A stretch of DNA of 64,000 bases from Ptychomitrium polyphyllum (lineage: Eukaryota). The stretch is taken from positions 4,650,001 to 4,714,000 of the forward strand of contig OZ316776.1 of the NCBI GenBank assembly GCA_973851085.1. Reading direction: 5' to 3'. Of this stretch, positions 40,625-52,500 are shown piece after piece. The notes below the pieces were generated by a model. It saw only the letters and a list, made by a program, of their open reading frames with translations. It was not told the origin of the DNA and made no database searches. The position numbers and the translations under genes were made by a program. Positions within the stretch are counted from its first letter, which is position 1. Each line of letters begins with the position of its first letter.

Positions 40625-43436
40625 TGGATGGAGTCTCCTTTTTTGTCTTGGTTGCAATAAAATTGCTCCTTATACAAAATTGTAAGCATTCCTCCCTATA
40701 TAAAATAGCTTTGAAAAGTTTAGATGGATTAAAATAAAGACCGTCATAAAAGCTTGTTTTAACCTTCAATATGTATTTTTGGCATTGGATCTCCACTTAA
40801 GCTTCTCCTTATATATAAACCACGTGAATGGTGCAATTATTTGGAAATAATCATTGATGAAGATCCTATAAAAGTTTGCAAATCTGTGAAAACATTAGAC
40901 ATTACATATTACTTTTGGCCTTATCCAATTATTGATTGCAATGATAAAAGTGGCACATAAGCTAGTATCTTATAGTTTCTGAAGGACTACGGAGACATGT
41001 TGTTTATGCTCCTCTAAGTTCTTTGAATAGATCAAGATATCATCCTAATAACATATGACAAAATCATGAAGGTACTTTCAAAATATATCATTCATAAGGT
41101 GCTGAAAAATAGTAGGTGCGTTAGTAAGTTCAAAAAGCATGATATTGTATTTAAAATGCCCATACCTTATTTGAAATGTTGTCTTCTATTCGTCTCTTTC
41201 TTTGATATATACCAAGTTATAAGCTCTTTGCAGGTCTATTTTGGTATAGATCCTCATTTGGCCAAGTTGATCAAGAAGTGCAGATATTAGCGGCAATGGA
41301 TATTGGTTTTCCTTTGTTCCTTTGTTGAGGCTTCGGTAATTAAAACACATTTGTAAAGATCCATCTTTCTTCTTTACAAAAAGTATTGAAATACCAGCAG
41401 GAGATTTTGAATGCCGAATAAAGTTCTTGGCTAAAATTTCATTAATATATTTTTTTAATGCCAAAAGCTTGTTTTGGAACAAATTGTATATAGGTCCAAA
41501 TGATAATTAAGCGCAGTCTTGGTGGTCAATGGCACAATCATAGGGAAAATGTTTTGGTAAAATATCTGCATTCTTCTTTTAAAATACATGTTGGAACCCT
41601 TTATAATTTTCTAAAATGATTGATGATGAAATCACATCTGTGAATTTTGGAGTTGCATACACAATAAAAGAAGTGCCATTTTTTGTTACCTTCATAAATG
41701 CTTTAGCTCCAATAAACTTTGTGACCTTAAGCTTGTGAAATCCATAAACTTCCTTTTTAAGCTTGGTAGTTATAGATTCTAGTGTTGGAAATTCTATTTT
41801 ATAGAATGCTTAATCTATATGCGGGTTGTACTTTTTCAACCAAGAGAGCCTTAAGATGATGGGACTTGAAAGAGATTTAAAGACATTAAATACTAATTGG
41901 CTACAATGGTTGTTCAATGTTACTTTTAAAGGATTTATTTCACAAATGACATCTCTAGAGAATAAAGGTCAATCATCTTTGACTTCTACATGGACCAACT
42001 AAGGCTTTTTGATAAAAAAATAATTATAAATTAAAAAAAACTCTTTGTCAATAGAGTAAGCAAAGGCCTCTAAATCTAGCAAAGTAAGGCTATTGAGTTT
42101 CTGAACATTTAAACAAATAAGCAGAATAAAACAAGAGGAAGGTGGGCTAAGAGGATATGGCTTTTTTTTTCTTATAAAAGAAGTAGATTTAGCCGCATAG
42201 TTCCTATTATGGCTGAATGTCCTTGTTTTTTTAGAAAGCATTTGGCGTTGTTGTTGTATCTCTCATTCAATATATACGTGGAATTTCTCTAAGCAGTTAT
42301 TAACCTTGTAGCCAAATTTTCCACAATATAAACACAAACCTTCGTTTCTTTGTCGCTTCTTCTCATGTTCAGTAAGGGACTTGAAATAAACCAAATCAAT
42401 CAGCATAACTTCCGCTTCCAAATATTCCTTAGAGGTGGATGGAGCCGAAGCTTCTAAGAAATTGGTATTTGGCCGCGGTGTAATTAAAGCTTGTTTATCT
42501 AGCCAACATTGGAATAGACAATTATTTCACTTCAAAGCTTGATTCATGACCTCATCACGAATCTGGGGATCTGGCATGGATAGCAATAAATCTTTAACCT
42601 CATCACATACACCTCAATGACATTGATTCTTTTATGTTCCTTCTTCCCATTTGATGTCACATGCAAGTTGTTGAATTATGATGCATAAATCAATATCAAA
42701 CGTGGCCTTCAATGTAAGGCTCAATTTTTGTGGTTACAGAACGAAGCTTGTCATGGTTACCATATGCTTTTGCAAATGTAGCTAAAAACGCATCAAAGTT
42801 GCTAAGTATAGAATAATTCTTTTAAAAAAGTAATACAAACCAAAACAATGCTTATCTTGAAAGCAATGTTCTCACCAGACCAACTTGTGAAGCATCCATA
42901 AGATATTGTTGAGGTTGGAGCAAGGTAACAAATTGAACTTGGTTTATAAAGCCTCAAAATTTTGAACGAGTACCGTCAAATTACTTTAAAAGGCTGATTC
43001 TTGGTTTCTTGGCTATCAATATTGAATTGTCGTCTTGAATTTGTGCATCTTTTACTAAAGCAAATCTAGATGATAGAGGACTTAGAATGACTTGGAGTAG
43101 CAACTAAAGTACTTTTGTTGCTTGATCATTATGTATGATCAAATAAAATTCTTCATTTTGCTTGGGTAAAGTCTTTGTCTTGATTGTCAATGCTTAAAAG
43201 GCATTGATAATGGAATCTAACTTGGTTTCTTTTTAATTAATCATATTGACTTCTTTACCTTCTAGCATGAAAACAAAATAGAAATTTCTAAATGAACAAA
43301 AAATTGAAGAAGATTCAGGAAGCAATATAAACTTAGAGGAGGATAATCCGCAACCTCTAGAATACTATAATATTTTCAAAAAGGGAGTTTGTCCGCTTTC
43401 TATCAAAAAAGACCAAGCTCTGATATTGTTGTATGA

Positions 43437-43448
43437 TAATCTCAACAA
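43437..43448 (-). promoter_or_regulatory. Putative self-priming primer-binding site (TTGTTGAGATTA)
   Basis: Lies 2 nt inside the 5' LTR boundary. Pairs 12/12 (9 Watson-Crick + 3 G:U) with TAGTCTTGACAA (43606-43595), which sits about 30 nt downstream of the start of the LTR TATA box. Confidence 0.6.
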
Positions 43449-43450
43449 AT

Positions 43451-43897
43451 TCTTATAGATAAAGTAACAACAAGACAAGGCTTTAGGATTCCAAGGTGTA
43501 GAACAAGATATGTCCAAGGTATATCAAAAGTAAAGAATTATAATAACGTACAAAGACAAGGCCAAAAGGTCTAAGCTAAACCATAAGAGATGCGTTGTCA
43601 AGACTAAAAATCCTTCTGCCTTGATTTTTATATATACTAGAACTATTAGCCTTAGGAGCTTTTTGAAAAGCTTTTACTACATTTCTTTGTACTCCAGCAA
43701 CCTCGAGTTGATTCCTTGGAAGCTTCCTAAGCTAAGGTAACTTCTTTGGAAGCTTCCTAAGTCATAGTAAAAATTTTAGAAGTTTCCTAAGTTGTAGTAA
43801 CTTCTTTGGAAGTTTCCTAGGTTGTAGTAACTTCTTTGGAAGCTTCCTAAACCTTTTAATTTTTTTTTAAATGCTTCTAGTATATATGTCCATGACA
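43451..43897 (-). mobile_element. 5' LTR of the host gypsy element (447 bp), with TATA box at about 43625-43636 on the minus strand
   Basis: Aligns with the 3' LTR with many transitions and extra ~30-bp repeat units; ends CATGACA followed by TSD CATGA. Confidence 0.87.
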
Positions 43898-44544
43898 CAT
43901 GACAACACAAACATAAGCTTCAATTCAATTGATATGAATTGATTTCAATTTATACAATTGTTAAGTAATATGAAGCCTTTATTGGTTTGTTCTTTAGCAA
44001 TAATAAGTGCACAATGTTTCTTAACAAGATATGGATTTAATACTAATATCTTACTTTATAACACAAATAATATAAAAGAGAGGACAACAATACCAAAGAA
44101 TTAGAGAACTTCTGAGGTTAAAGAACATTTCTTTTTAAAGCTGGAATGACAGGTTTGATCTTGGAATAGCAATCTTATGAAATTATTTTGGAAGTACACA
44201 ATTAAAAACCAATGGCCATACATGGTAGCAATTTGCAAGAAAATTGAAAACTAATCTTTACAATTCCTATCTGCATCACATTAGTATAATAAGCATGTCA
44301 AGGCACTTCAAAAGAATGTTTTCAATAATGATAAGCTTTGATGAGGGTGTAAGCATTAAACTTAAACTTCCATGAGTTCATTATGTATTGAAATACAATA
44401 TGGGTTTATTTGAACATTATCTAGTTACTTCACTAGCTTCCAATCAGATTAAGCTGTTGAAAACAACACATTTTGAAATCCTCAAATCCATTCCTAATTA
44501 GCATCTCAACATGTTGGTAAGTGAGTTTGTCTTTGCAGGCAAAT

Positions 44545-44697
44545 TGAAATTGTGCAAACATGTAGGTTAAGTGAAATTGTGCAAACATGTAGGTTAAGTG
44601 AAATTGTGCAAACATGTAGGTTAAGTGAAATTGTGCAAACATGTAGGTTAAGTGAAATTGTGCAAACATGTAGGTTAAGTGAAATTGTGCAAACATG
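44545..44697. repeat. Perfect 27-bp minisatellite, about 5.7 copies (TGAAATTGTGCAAACATGTAGGTTAAG)
   Basis: Read directly; no spacers between units. Confidence 0.95.
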
Positions 44698-46473
44698 CTG
44701 TAAATTTTTCTTTTGCAACTTATGTGTTGAAGTACATAGATCAAGTAAGAATGTGAATGGAGGGTGGTATAAGTTAGTGGTAATGTTAGTAGGAGATCAA
44801 ATCCTTTTGTAACTTGATCTCACACTAAAAGCCCAACAAAGATGAAGCACCAACAAGATCACAACCAGCACCAGAACCACCAAGATCAACAAGTTATACT
44901 AAGACAATAAGCAGGTCTACAATTCCTTTAGCATCACAGCTCAAAGATGTTTTAATGACGTCCAATTCAGACAGGCTGTCATTGAGCATGTGGTGGGAAT
45001 GGAAACAGAAAAACAGTCTGTCCAAGTTGCATTTTCACTTTCTCCACTGAAGTCCCCTTTAACATATCTGATGACCACCAACTCTTTGATTGGTAAATGT
45101 TGGAAAACTAACGGTTAAACAACCATTAAAATTGGGCTGACAAGAATTTTGTAACCATGGCACCTAATGAGGCCATTGGTTTCTTATTTTCAGTGTTTTG
45201 AAGGTTAGAATGCTTTATTCACCACTATAGTATAACTGTCTTTTAAATTATGGTCAATGTGCCATACTTGTACGAGGACATTGAAATGGGGCCAAACAAT
45301 GCTTTACAAAGTTCAATGCAATAAAATCAGTTTCTCTGTGGTTTGGTCTTTCCACCTTCTTTTTGTGTCTTTTATTGCTTTTGGAAAAGAATGTGTATTC
45401 TTTGCAACATCCTACATTAGGACAAAAAACTTAATTCAATTTCACCATGCTAGAAAAATTATGGTGACTAATGAGGACTTGGTCCTTCAAACTTAGTTTA
45501 CTCAATTTTAAGTAGGAATTATTGTGTCAAGTGGCCACTTTTATTATATTAAAGATATAATTGAAATATGAACCCTTATATAAAGAATGCATGATAATAA
45601 AGTAGGAACACTTGTTATCAACACCTACCAAGGCTTCAACCAAAATACATGCTCTACTATTTAATCTTCAAACTTATATAGTACTTTTCATTCCAATAAT
45701 TTATAATAAACTTATAAACATATCCAAAAATATAATTTTTAAAATTTTGGATTTTTTTTTTGAAAACAAAAGGTTTTTTATAATTTTGTGCAAATAAATT
45801 CAACATATGTATGTGTCTCAAACACTTAAAATAGTTTTTATAGGTGTCTTTAAATTAGAAATAGAACCTTTAGTGAACAAGTTGAGCAAGACTTTGAATT
45901 GTTATATATCATTCATCAAATGACACAACAAACGTGCCAACTTCACCAATTTTGACATTTAAAGCTGGTATTGTACTCATATATTAATGTAATTCATTAC
46001 AAACTTACACTTTTCTTGGAAAAATTAGCAAAATATAAATAATATTGATATTGAATGCATTAATAAATATTCATTATAGATAGAATTGACAATATTTATA
46101 AAGGTCTTAATGTTTCAAGGTATTGTACATGTGATAGATAATATATAGTTTTTTGTTTTCAAAAAAGGACATTTTGCAATATTACTATCAAAAATGCTAA
46201 TGCTAAAAGGGCACAATGGATTGCAATATTATTAAACATTGTCCAATGTACAATGGTATTAAATTTTGAGAGCTTTTCTTTGTGAATGATTTATTTTGCA
46301 AGTTTGAAATCCATTGTTTATAGAATTAATGCACTACTAAATTGAATTGCTATTAAATTTAGATTGTTGTCAAATTGGGATCTTTGTTGTCATTTAGACT
46401 TATATAAAGAGCCGATATAGGTTCAATTCTTTTGGCTTCATTAATATAGTATTTTTTATAGTATAAAATAAAA

Positions 46474-46476
<3 letters not shown>

Positions 46477-46530
<54 letters not shown>
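46477..46530. repeat. (AT)27 microsatellite
   Basis: Read directly. Confidence 0.95.
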
Positions 46531-46538
<8 letters not shown>

Positions 46539-47007
46539 GCATACATCTTTATCATACAATTTAAGAAAAGAGTTGAAGAAAATAAATTAAGATATAAAAA
46601 TGTGAACAAAAGGATTTTTTTTAAAAGGGAAAGAGGATGACACCATATATAACTTGTTTAGAATGTTGAGATGTTTTTCAATTGTGTATAATCTTTCCAT
46701 AGATTTAGTAAAATCCATAAGAATAATTCCTTACCATGATCATAATGGAAGGAAAAATCTTAATTTTGGTCTCCGTACTTGATTGAAAATTTCTATTACT
46801 TCACTGGTTGAATTTTTTCGGATGGGGTAATTAAAAACTCATAACTCAAATAATTTAAGTGACCCACGGTTCGTTTGAAACAGTCAACTGTAGTTGAAAA
46901 TGTTTTCAATCTCAAACCGATTTCGCTGTGTGTGCGGCTAATCTGTCAGTGTTTAAAGCCGGTTTATTGGTGCAGTGACGGTTTCAGGTGTCAGACCCGG
47001 TGAGGCC

Positions 47008-47117
47008 GGAGCGGAACGAGAGCAGAACGAGAGCCGAACGGGAGCGGAACGAGAGCAGAACGAGAGCCGAACGGGAGCGGAACCTGGGCGGAACGGAAGC
47101 GGAACCTGGGCGGAATT
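47008..47117 (+). repeat. Ten 11-bp units (consensus about GGAGCGGAACG) with a 33-bp higher-order repeat, upstream of the F-box gene
   Basis: Units GGAGCGGAACG / AGAGCAGAACG / AGAGCCGAACG twice, then GGAGCGGAACC / TGGGCGGAACG / GAAGCGGAACC / TGGGCGGAATT. Confidence 0.85.
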
Positions 47118-47381
47118 GGCCTCCATCCTCGCGCGTTTGCAGTGTGCTTGGGCGTGGTTGTTGGTACCGCGTACCGTCCGGAGTCCGCCCTTCTCCTGAG
47201 CGCAGGGCAGGTGCACCAACACCAGACTCACAACAGCGACGGTAGCCTAACTCTCTGACTCTTGCAGGAGCCTGCGCCTCTGCCTCTTCAATCTGCCATC
47301 TCCCTCCCCCTGCTTCCTCCTCTTCCAGCCCCACGGCTATTGTTTCCCGCCGCTGAAGTGCCTTTCTAGAGAGTACTCAGG

Positions 47382-48395
47382 GTTAGGAGACCACTTAGCG
47401 TTCTTTCAGAAGCTTTGCTGTCGAAGATTGAGCTAGGGAAGCGGTTTGCGGTGTGCTGTTCTGAGGTGAGGAGTCGTTGAGGAGTTGTTGAGGAGGCGTG
47501 GTGGTTCTGTGGTTGCGGATTGTGTGGCAGTAGGCAGCGGCGTTCGGGCGAAGTGGTGGGGGGCCGATTCTAGAGTTGTTGTGAGTGGACACAGTAGGGT
47601 AGGGTAGGGTATGGGTGGGGCGTTCTTTGGTCGTCGGTTTGTTGAGGTTCAGCTTTTGGAGAGAGAGCAACGAGTGGCTGGCGGGGAGCAGCGAAGTGGA
47701 GTGGCGTTGTAAGGGATGACGTCGCGGGAGTTGAGGGCTTAAGACGCAGGAAGGAGTTTGGATAAGGAGTTTGTTAATCGGGAGGTGGACGTGGCTGGCG
47801 TTTGACTTGTGTGCTCGTATCGGTTTGTTGATGTGCTTGGATCACGTAGGGTTGATTTGACCAGCGGCGGCGGTGGAGGGAGCGTTGTGTTTTGAGTAGG
47901 CTGTTGGAAGAGGTTGAGTGTTTTGGAGCGTGTGGGAGAGTCGCTTTGGCGAGCAAACTAGGTAGTGACAGAAGGAGTGGCACTGCTCGTGGTCAAAAAG
48001 GGGAGAGCTGAGTGTCGTCTGGTTTACGAGGTCTTGACGACGACATCGACGTGCGAAAGCGACGGGGGTCGATCATCGTTCTGGATTGAAAGAAAACCTA
48101 GTAACCTAATGCATTAAGTTTCGAAGCAACGAGACGGACAGATAAGGATGTTGGTTCTTTGATGCTACACGTGGTACGAGACGGTGTTATCTTTTGGTGA
48201 TATGTCTGTGTCAAGAATTCCGCAAGTTTCAGGTGCTTCGATTGTGAAGTAAAGAGCGGGTGTGCGTCTTTCCTCGCCATTACCGTGTTTGGTGATTTCT
48301 TAATTTCGGAGGTGGAAAGTGGGAATTGGTCATCGCTGAGCCTATAGCTGGTAATCGTAGAGGGCTTCAATATAGGAAGTGGCTTGAGGTTGCAG
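47382..48395 (+). other. Probable ~1 kb 5'UTR intron of the F-box gene
   Basis: Donor-like CAGG|GTTAGG after a pyrimidine-rich 5'UTR-like segment; G/T-rich body; acceptor TTGCAG 5 nt before ATG 48401. Confidence 0.45.
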
Positions 48396-48400
48396 TCCAC

Positions 48401-49546
48401 ATGCATATAGAGCAGTTGCTAGCAAACGAACACGGCAGGAACTGCCGCAGAGTCTCTCTTTCAATGCCGATGCCTGCGACTGACCACTTTGACAGACTAC
48501 CTGACTCGCTGCTACTTGTGATCTTTAACAAGTTGGCAGACATCAAAGCTCTAGGAAGGTGCTGTGCTGTGTCGAAGAGGTTTCATTCCTTAGCTCCCTT
48601 GGTGGACAACGTGGTGGTCAAGGTTGATTGTGTTATATCCGGAGAGGACAATGGCAATGCCAGGGGCAGAGGAATTATCAGTCATTTTGTACGTTTCTTC
48701 GTGGGAACCTTGGTGAAACCTCTGCAAGCTTTACAGCATCTTTTGGGACCGAAGAAGATTATACTCCCGGAAGTGTCTCATCATTCTCCTGGGGAAGTTT
48801 TGAAAAACTTTAAGGAGATTCAGAATTTGAGGATCGAGTTACCTGGAGGAGAACTTGGCATTGAAGACGGCGTGTTGTTGAAATGGAGAGCTGAGTTTGG
48901 AAGTACGCTGGAGAGTTGTGTGATACTCGGAGCTGCTTCGCTTGTGAAGGTGGAGAAAGAGGTATTAAAACTCGAGGGAGTTCGGCCTTGGTTTCTCAAT
49001 GGCAGGGAAGAGGGATCTCCGCAACCAGTGGCTGAGGATAACAGCGAAACCTCAGGCTCTCCTCCGGATGAAAGTGGAACTATTCCTGAGTCCTTCTACA
49101 CTGACGGTGGGCTCAAGGTAAGGGTTGTATGGACAATCAGCTCACTGATCGCTGCGTCTGCAAGGCACTATCTTCTCCAGCAAATAATATCAGATCATCC
49201 CACACTGGAAAACCTCGTTCTTACGGATGCAGACGGACAGGGTATGCTGTGTATGAACAGAGAGCAGCTGAAGGAATTTAGAGATAAGCCTCTTGCAGCC
49301 TCTGCTTCATCAAATAGGACACAGGTGCCTGCTCTGAACATGAAGCTGTGGTATGCACCTTACCTGGAACTGCCGGGAGGAACTGGGTTGAAAGGAGCGA
49401 CTCTGGTGGCTATCAGGCCGAGCGAGCACCCTGTTCGCAAAGAGAGAGAGAGCTTCGTTTCGGGAGCTTTTGAAGAGCCGTTCAAAACTGCTACAAATCT
49501 GCTGGTGAAGCGACGAACTTATCTTTTAGAGATGAATTCATTCTGA
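48401..49546 (+). CDS. F-box protein of the At5g46170/At4g18380/AUF1-like family, intronless CDS (381 aa from ATG 48401)
   Basis: F-box DHFDRLPDSLLLVIFNKLADIKALGRCCAVSKRFHSL; family motifs LKWRAEFGSTLESCVILGA, GGLKVRVVWTISSLIAASARHYL and C-terminal RRTYLLEMNSF. The ORF-track start at 48326 is a TTG. Confidence 0.93.
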   Translation: MHIEQLLANEHGRNCRRVSLSMPMPATDHFDRLPDSLLLVIFNKLADIKALGRCCAVSKRFHSLAPLVDNVVVKVDCVISGEDNGNARGRGIISHFVRFFVGTLVKPLQALQHLLGPKKIILPEVSHHSPGEVLKNFKEIQNLRIELPGGELGIEDGVLLKWRAEFGSTLESCVILGAASLVKVEKEVLKLEGVRPWFLNGREEGSPQPVAEDNSETSGSPPDESGTIPESFYTDGGLKVRVVWTISSLIAASARHYLLQQIISDHPTLENLVLTDADGQGMLCMNREQLKEFRDKPLAASASSNRTQVPALNMKLWYAPYLELPGGTGLKGATLVAIRPSEHPVRKERESFVSGAFEEPFKTATNLLVKRRTYLLEMNSF

Positions 49547-52500
49547 AGCTCATGTTGATGTAACATAGCGTATATTGAATGGTTACTACAAAACTGCCCG
49601 TCATGTGTGCCAATCATACCAATGGAGTATGTGATATTGCCATTCACATGCGACAAATTGTTATGCTTGTGAAGTCACTGCTCATGTGAGCAAATGGGGA
49701 AGCTATTTCTTTCACGTTTGAGGCCCAGCTGTGGAGTGAAAGGACTACGACGGACGAATCGGTTTTCATTCCTTCTGTACAAATTGCTGCAATGCGCGTG
49801 TTTACAGAATCTTCCCTTCCTGCTGTATAAATTGCTGCAGTGTGCGTGTCCACTAAACGTGTTCCTCATTTGAGACCTATCTGACGGCGGGAGCAGACGT
49901 CTGAGGACGAGTTTGAGTGACTTTGGTTAGATATATCGGTCTTTCAAAGTGGCAATTGAGTTGTGAGAAAACTCGGTGTTTTATTTGTCATTTTGAAAAG
50001 TTGCTGCAACTACCGAGAGCCAGTCTCAGTGGCGAAGAACGAAGAGAAAAACAAATGATGCCCACTGATTGGATGGAACGTGCACAAATTATAGTGCATT
50101 CCTCCAGTATTCGAGACGGTATTGATGCCTGAAGGGCTAATTTTTGTCGATCTGTCTTGGCACATTCTGTCCTCGTATACAAGGCGGAACTATACTAATA
50201 GGTTCCATAATGGTCTGCGGTTAGGCCGGATAAACTTGAGTACTGATAAGTGCACATTTATCCCTTCGATTCCATCTGGAAACCTTGGGGCCAGAATGAA
50301 TACCGAGCATGATCTGTAGAAATTCCCCACCTTTCGGTAGATCATGTTCTGTGTCCTAAATTTCTATGCCCTAAATTGTAATGTAACCTGTCATCTTGGG
50401 ATTTCAAGTGAGGAATTATGTGCAGGACTTATGTTACGTATTAGGCTTAAATTTTTTGAGCGCGAGGTTTACTGTAACATATTTTTTGGTCATAAGTTTT
50501 TGGCTGACCAAGCTCAAATTGTATACACAGCCTTTTGTGTCGTCTGTTTCACTTCAGTATCAAGCTGGTCGTGTTTCTTCTGATACAATTCTGTATTTGC
50601 TTGCATTCTTTCCGTGTGTTTGCTGTGGGAATTAGAGGATTTTAATCATAAAATTGAGGTGATGATAGTCTAAGCATTTTAGGTTGTCATTTTTGCTTCT
50701 GTTTGGGAATCCATTCTCTTTGTAGGTTGCGCACTTAAGGCAACAAGTGTGTTACACTACATGTGTACTAAGAGGTACAGGCCAGCCTAATACTATTTTA
50801 ATATGCTGTCCTCGGAAAAGGGTGCCCAACGAGGGTTCTGAAGGTGGTGCAAGAGCACCTATCCCATCTAGCTTTCACTTGGCGGTTCATACTGAGGATC
50901 CTTCGTTCCTCGTAGATTTGAAGCATGGGAAAAATGTTTTGATAAGAACTGGTCTGCATGAATGGGAAACATTTCGGTCGAATTTGGAGCTGACATGTTG
51001 CCAATGGATTTTCACTTCAAGAATTTCTTTACCTTTGTGGCTATGGATTAAAACCCTTAGATCCTTTTGAATCTTTGATGGCCTTTTTGGTGGGCCAATA
51101 TAAGGGAAGTAATTGTTTGTCCATTATCTTGTATCATGAGTGTACAAATTCTACCTTTAAGAAGGCGGATTTGGTACTAAAACTTCACAATAACATATGT
51201 TTTGATTATATTTTTAACACATGAATTATGAATTCATATAATTTTATATATGCTTAATGATGAAATAGTCGGTTTTAAAACTATTATAACTTTTAATAGA
51301 AAAAAAATAAATTTTGATCAAAATTCTATATACTTTTGAATTTTAAGAATATTTATTAATAAAATCCAATATATATGTATATATATGTATATGTGTACTT
51401 GAACTAATTTATAATATTCATTGTAATTGCATTGTATTGAAATGATGCATTGTGTTTCTAATATGTTAATATTCGTTAATTTTAAAAAGTCTGTATATTG
51501 AAAATCTTACATATATTAGGTATACATTAAAAAAATAAAAATTGGAACATAGTAGATAATTAAATATGATATTTAAATGTTTTGAGATTTTTGACTTTAA
51601 TAATCAATGCAATTATTGTTTTTTCTAGTTGATATCTTTGAAATTCAGTAACATGGTAAAATTATGAACTAGATTCATAAAATACACATTTTAAACAATG
51701 TGCAAAGCTAATAATGATGATTTTTTAATAGAATACAATACCTCATATCATGTGTAAACACAATTTTTGAATTTTTTTCAATACATGTTAAAATCCATTG
51801 TAGAAGATAACAAACATTGTAAGAAAACCTTTCAAAAATTGTTATTTATGTGGATTGTATAATTATTACTTACTATACAAATGCCACATATACATTAGTT
51901 CAATAAATTTTACCATCATTTAAAAAACATTTAAGAGACCCTTGTTTGAAAAATTGGATCTTCAACTCATTTAAGAATTTTATTCAATTTACGTAATAAA
52001 GTTTAATATATGAAACGTATTTGATTCAAAATAATTTTTGAAAAATTAAATAATTTAGGCAACAAGATATTGTCTTACTCAAATCTATATAAATATACTT
52101 TTGACAAAGAATTATAATAAATCATTCAGTTAACAAACGAGGTTTTTATACTTTCTATATATATATATATATCTAAAATTGCTTTTTTTAAAAAAAATTC
52201 TATTAAATTTCAAAGACTTTAGATATGTCCGATTTCAATACATTAAATACTAGTTATCTACTATATGGATTACAAATAGATTCCTTCTAAGGTTTTTTTG
52301 CCTTCAATTCAAAACATTGTATTCATCCATGATTTTAAAAGGTTCTTTATTTTAATTCAATATATAATGTGAAATAATTAAGATAATTTTGGTAGTAAGA
52401 AGAAGTTGAAAATGTAGAGAAATACAATGATGTTCAATAGTTGAAGCCTTAAGTCCATCGTTTGAAAGCATTTCCCTGCAAAGTTGGTGGTCCAAAAACA

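Larger units (their letters stand above)
34837..43897 (-). mobile_element. Decayed full-length Ty3/gypsy chromovirus (Tcn1-like) LTR retrotransposon with nested insertions
   Basis: TG...CA ends with TSD CATGA (34832-34836 and 43898-43902). Minus-strand remnants in order: gag and Zn knuckle (GLCLYCGKFGYKVNNC, ~42300), protease (~42070), RT (YPLPLISALLDQL...KIDLQRAYNL, ~41250), RNase H (EWCHLLKG...[10 protein letters not shown]), integrase (WSSISMDF, ~36830) and chromodomain (FEMEEMFDS...LQYLVHWGTY...TWKP, 35820-35960). Many stops. Confidence 0.93.

Noticed and set aside
44545..44697. CRISPR-like appearance of the 27-bp repeats
   Set aside because: No spacers, no cas genes, eukaryotic context.
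48326..48400. N-terminal extension of the F-box ORF
   Set aside because: Starts at TTG and lies upstream of a probable splice acceptor at 48395.
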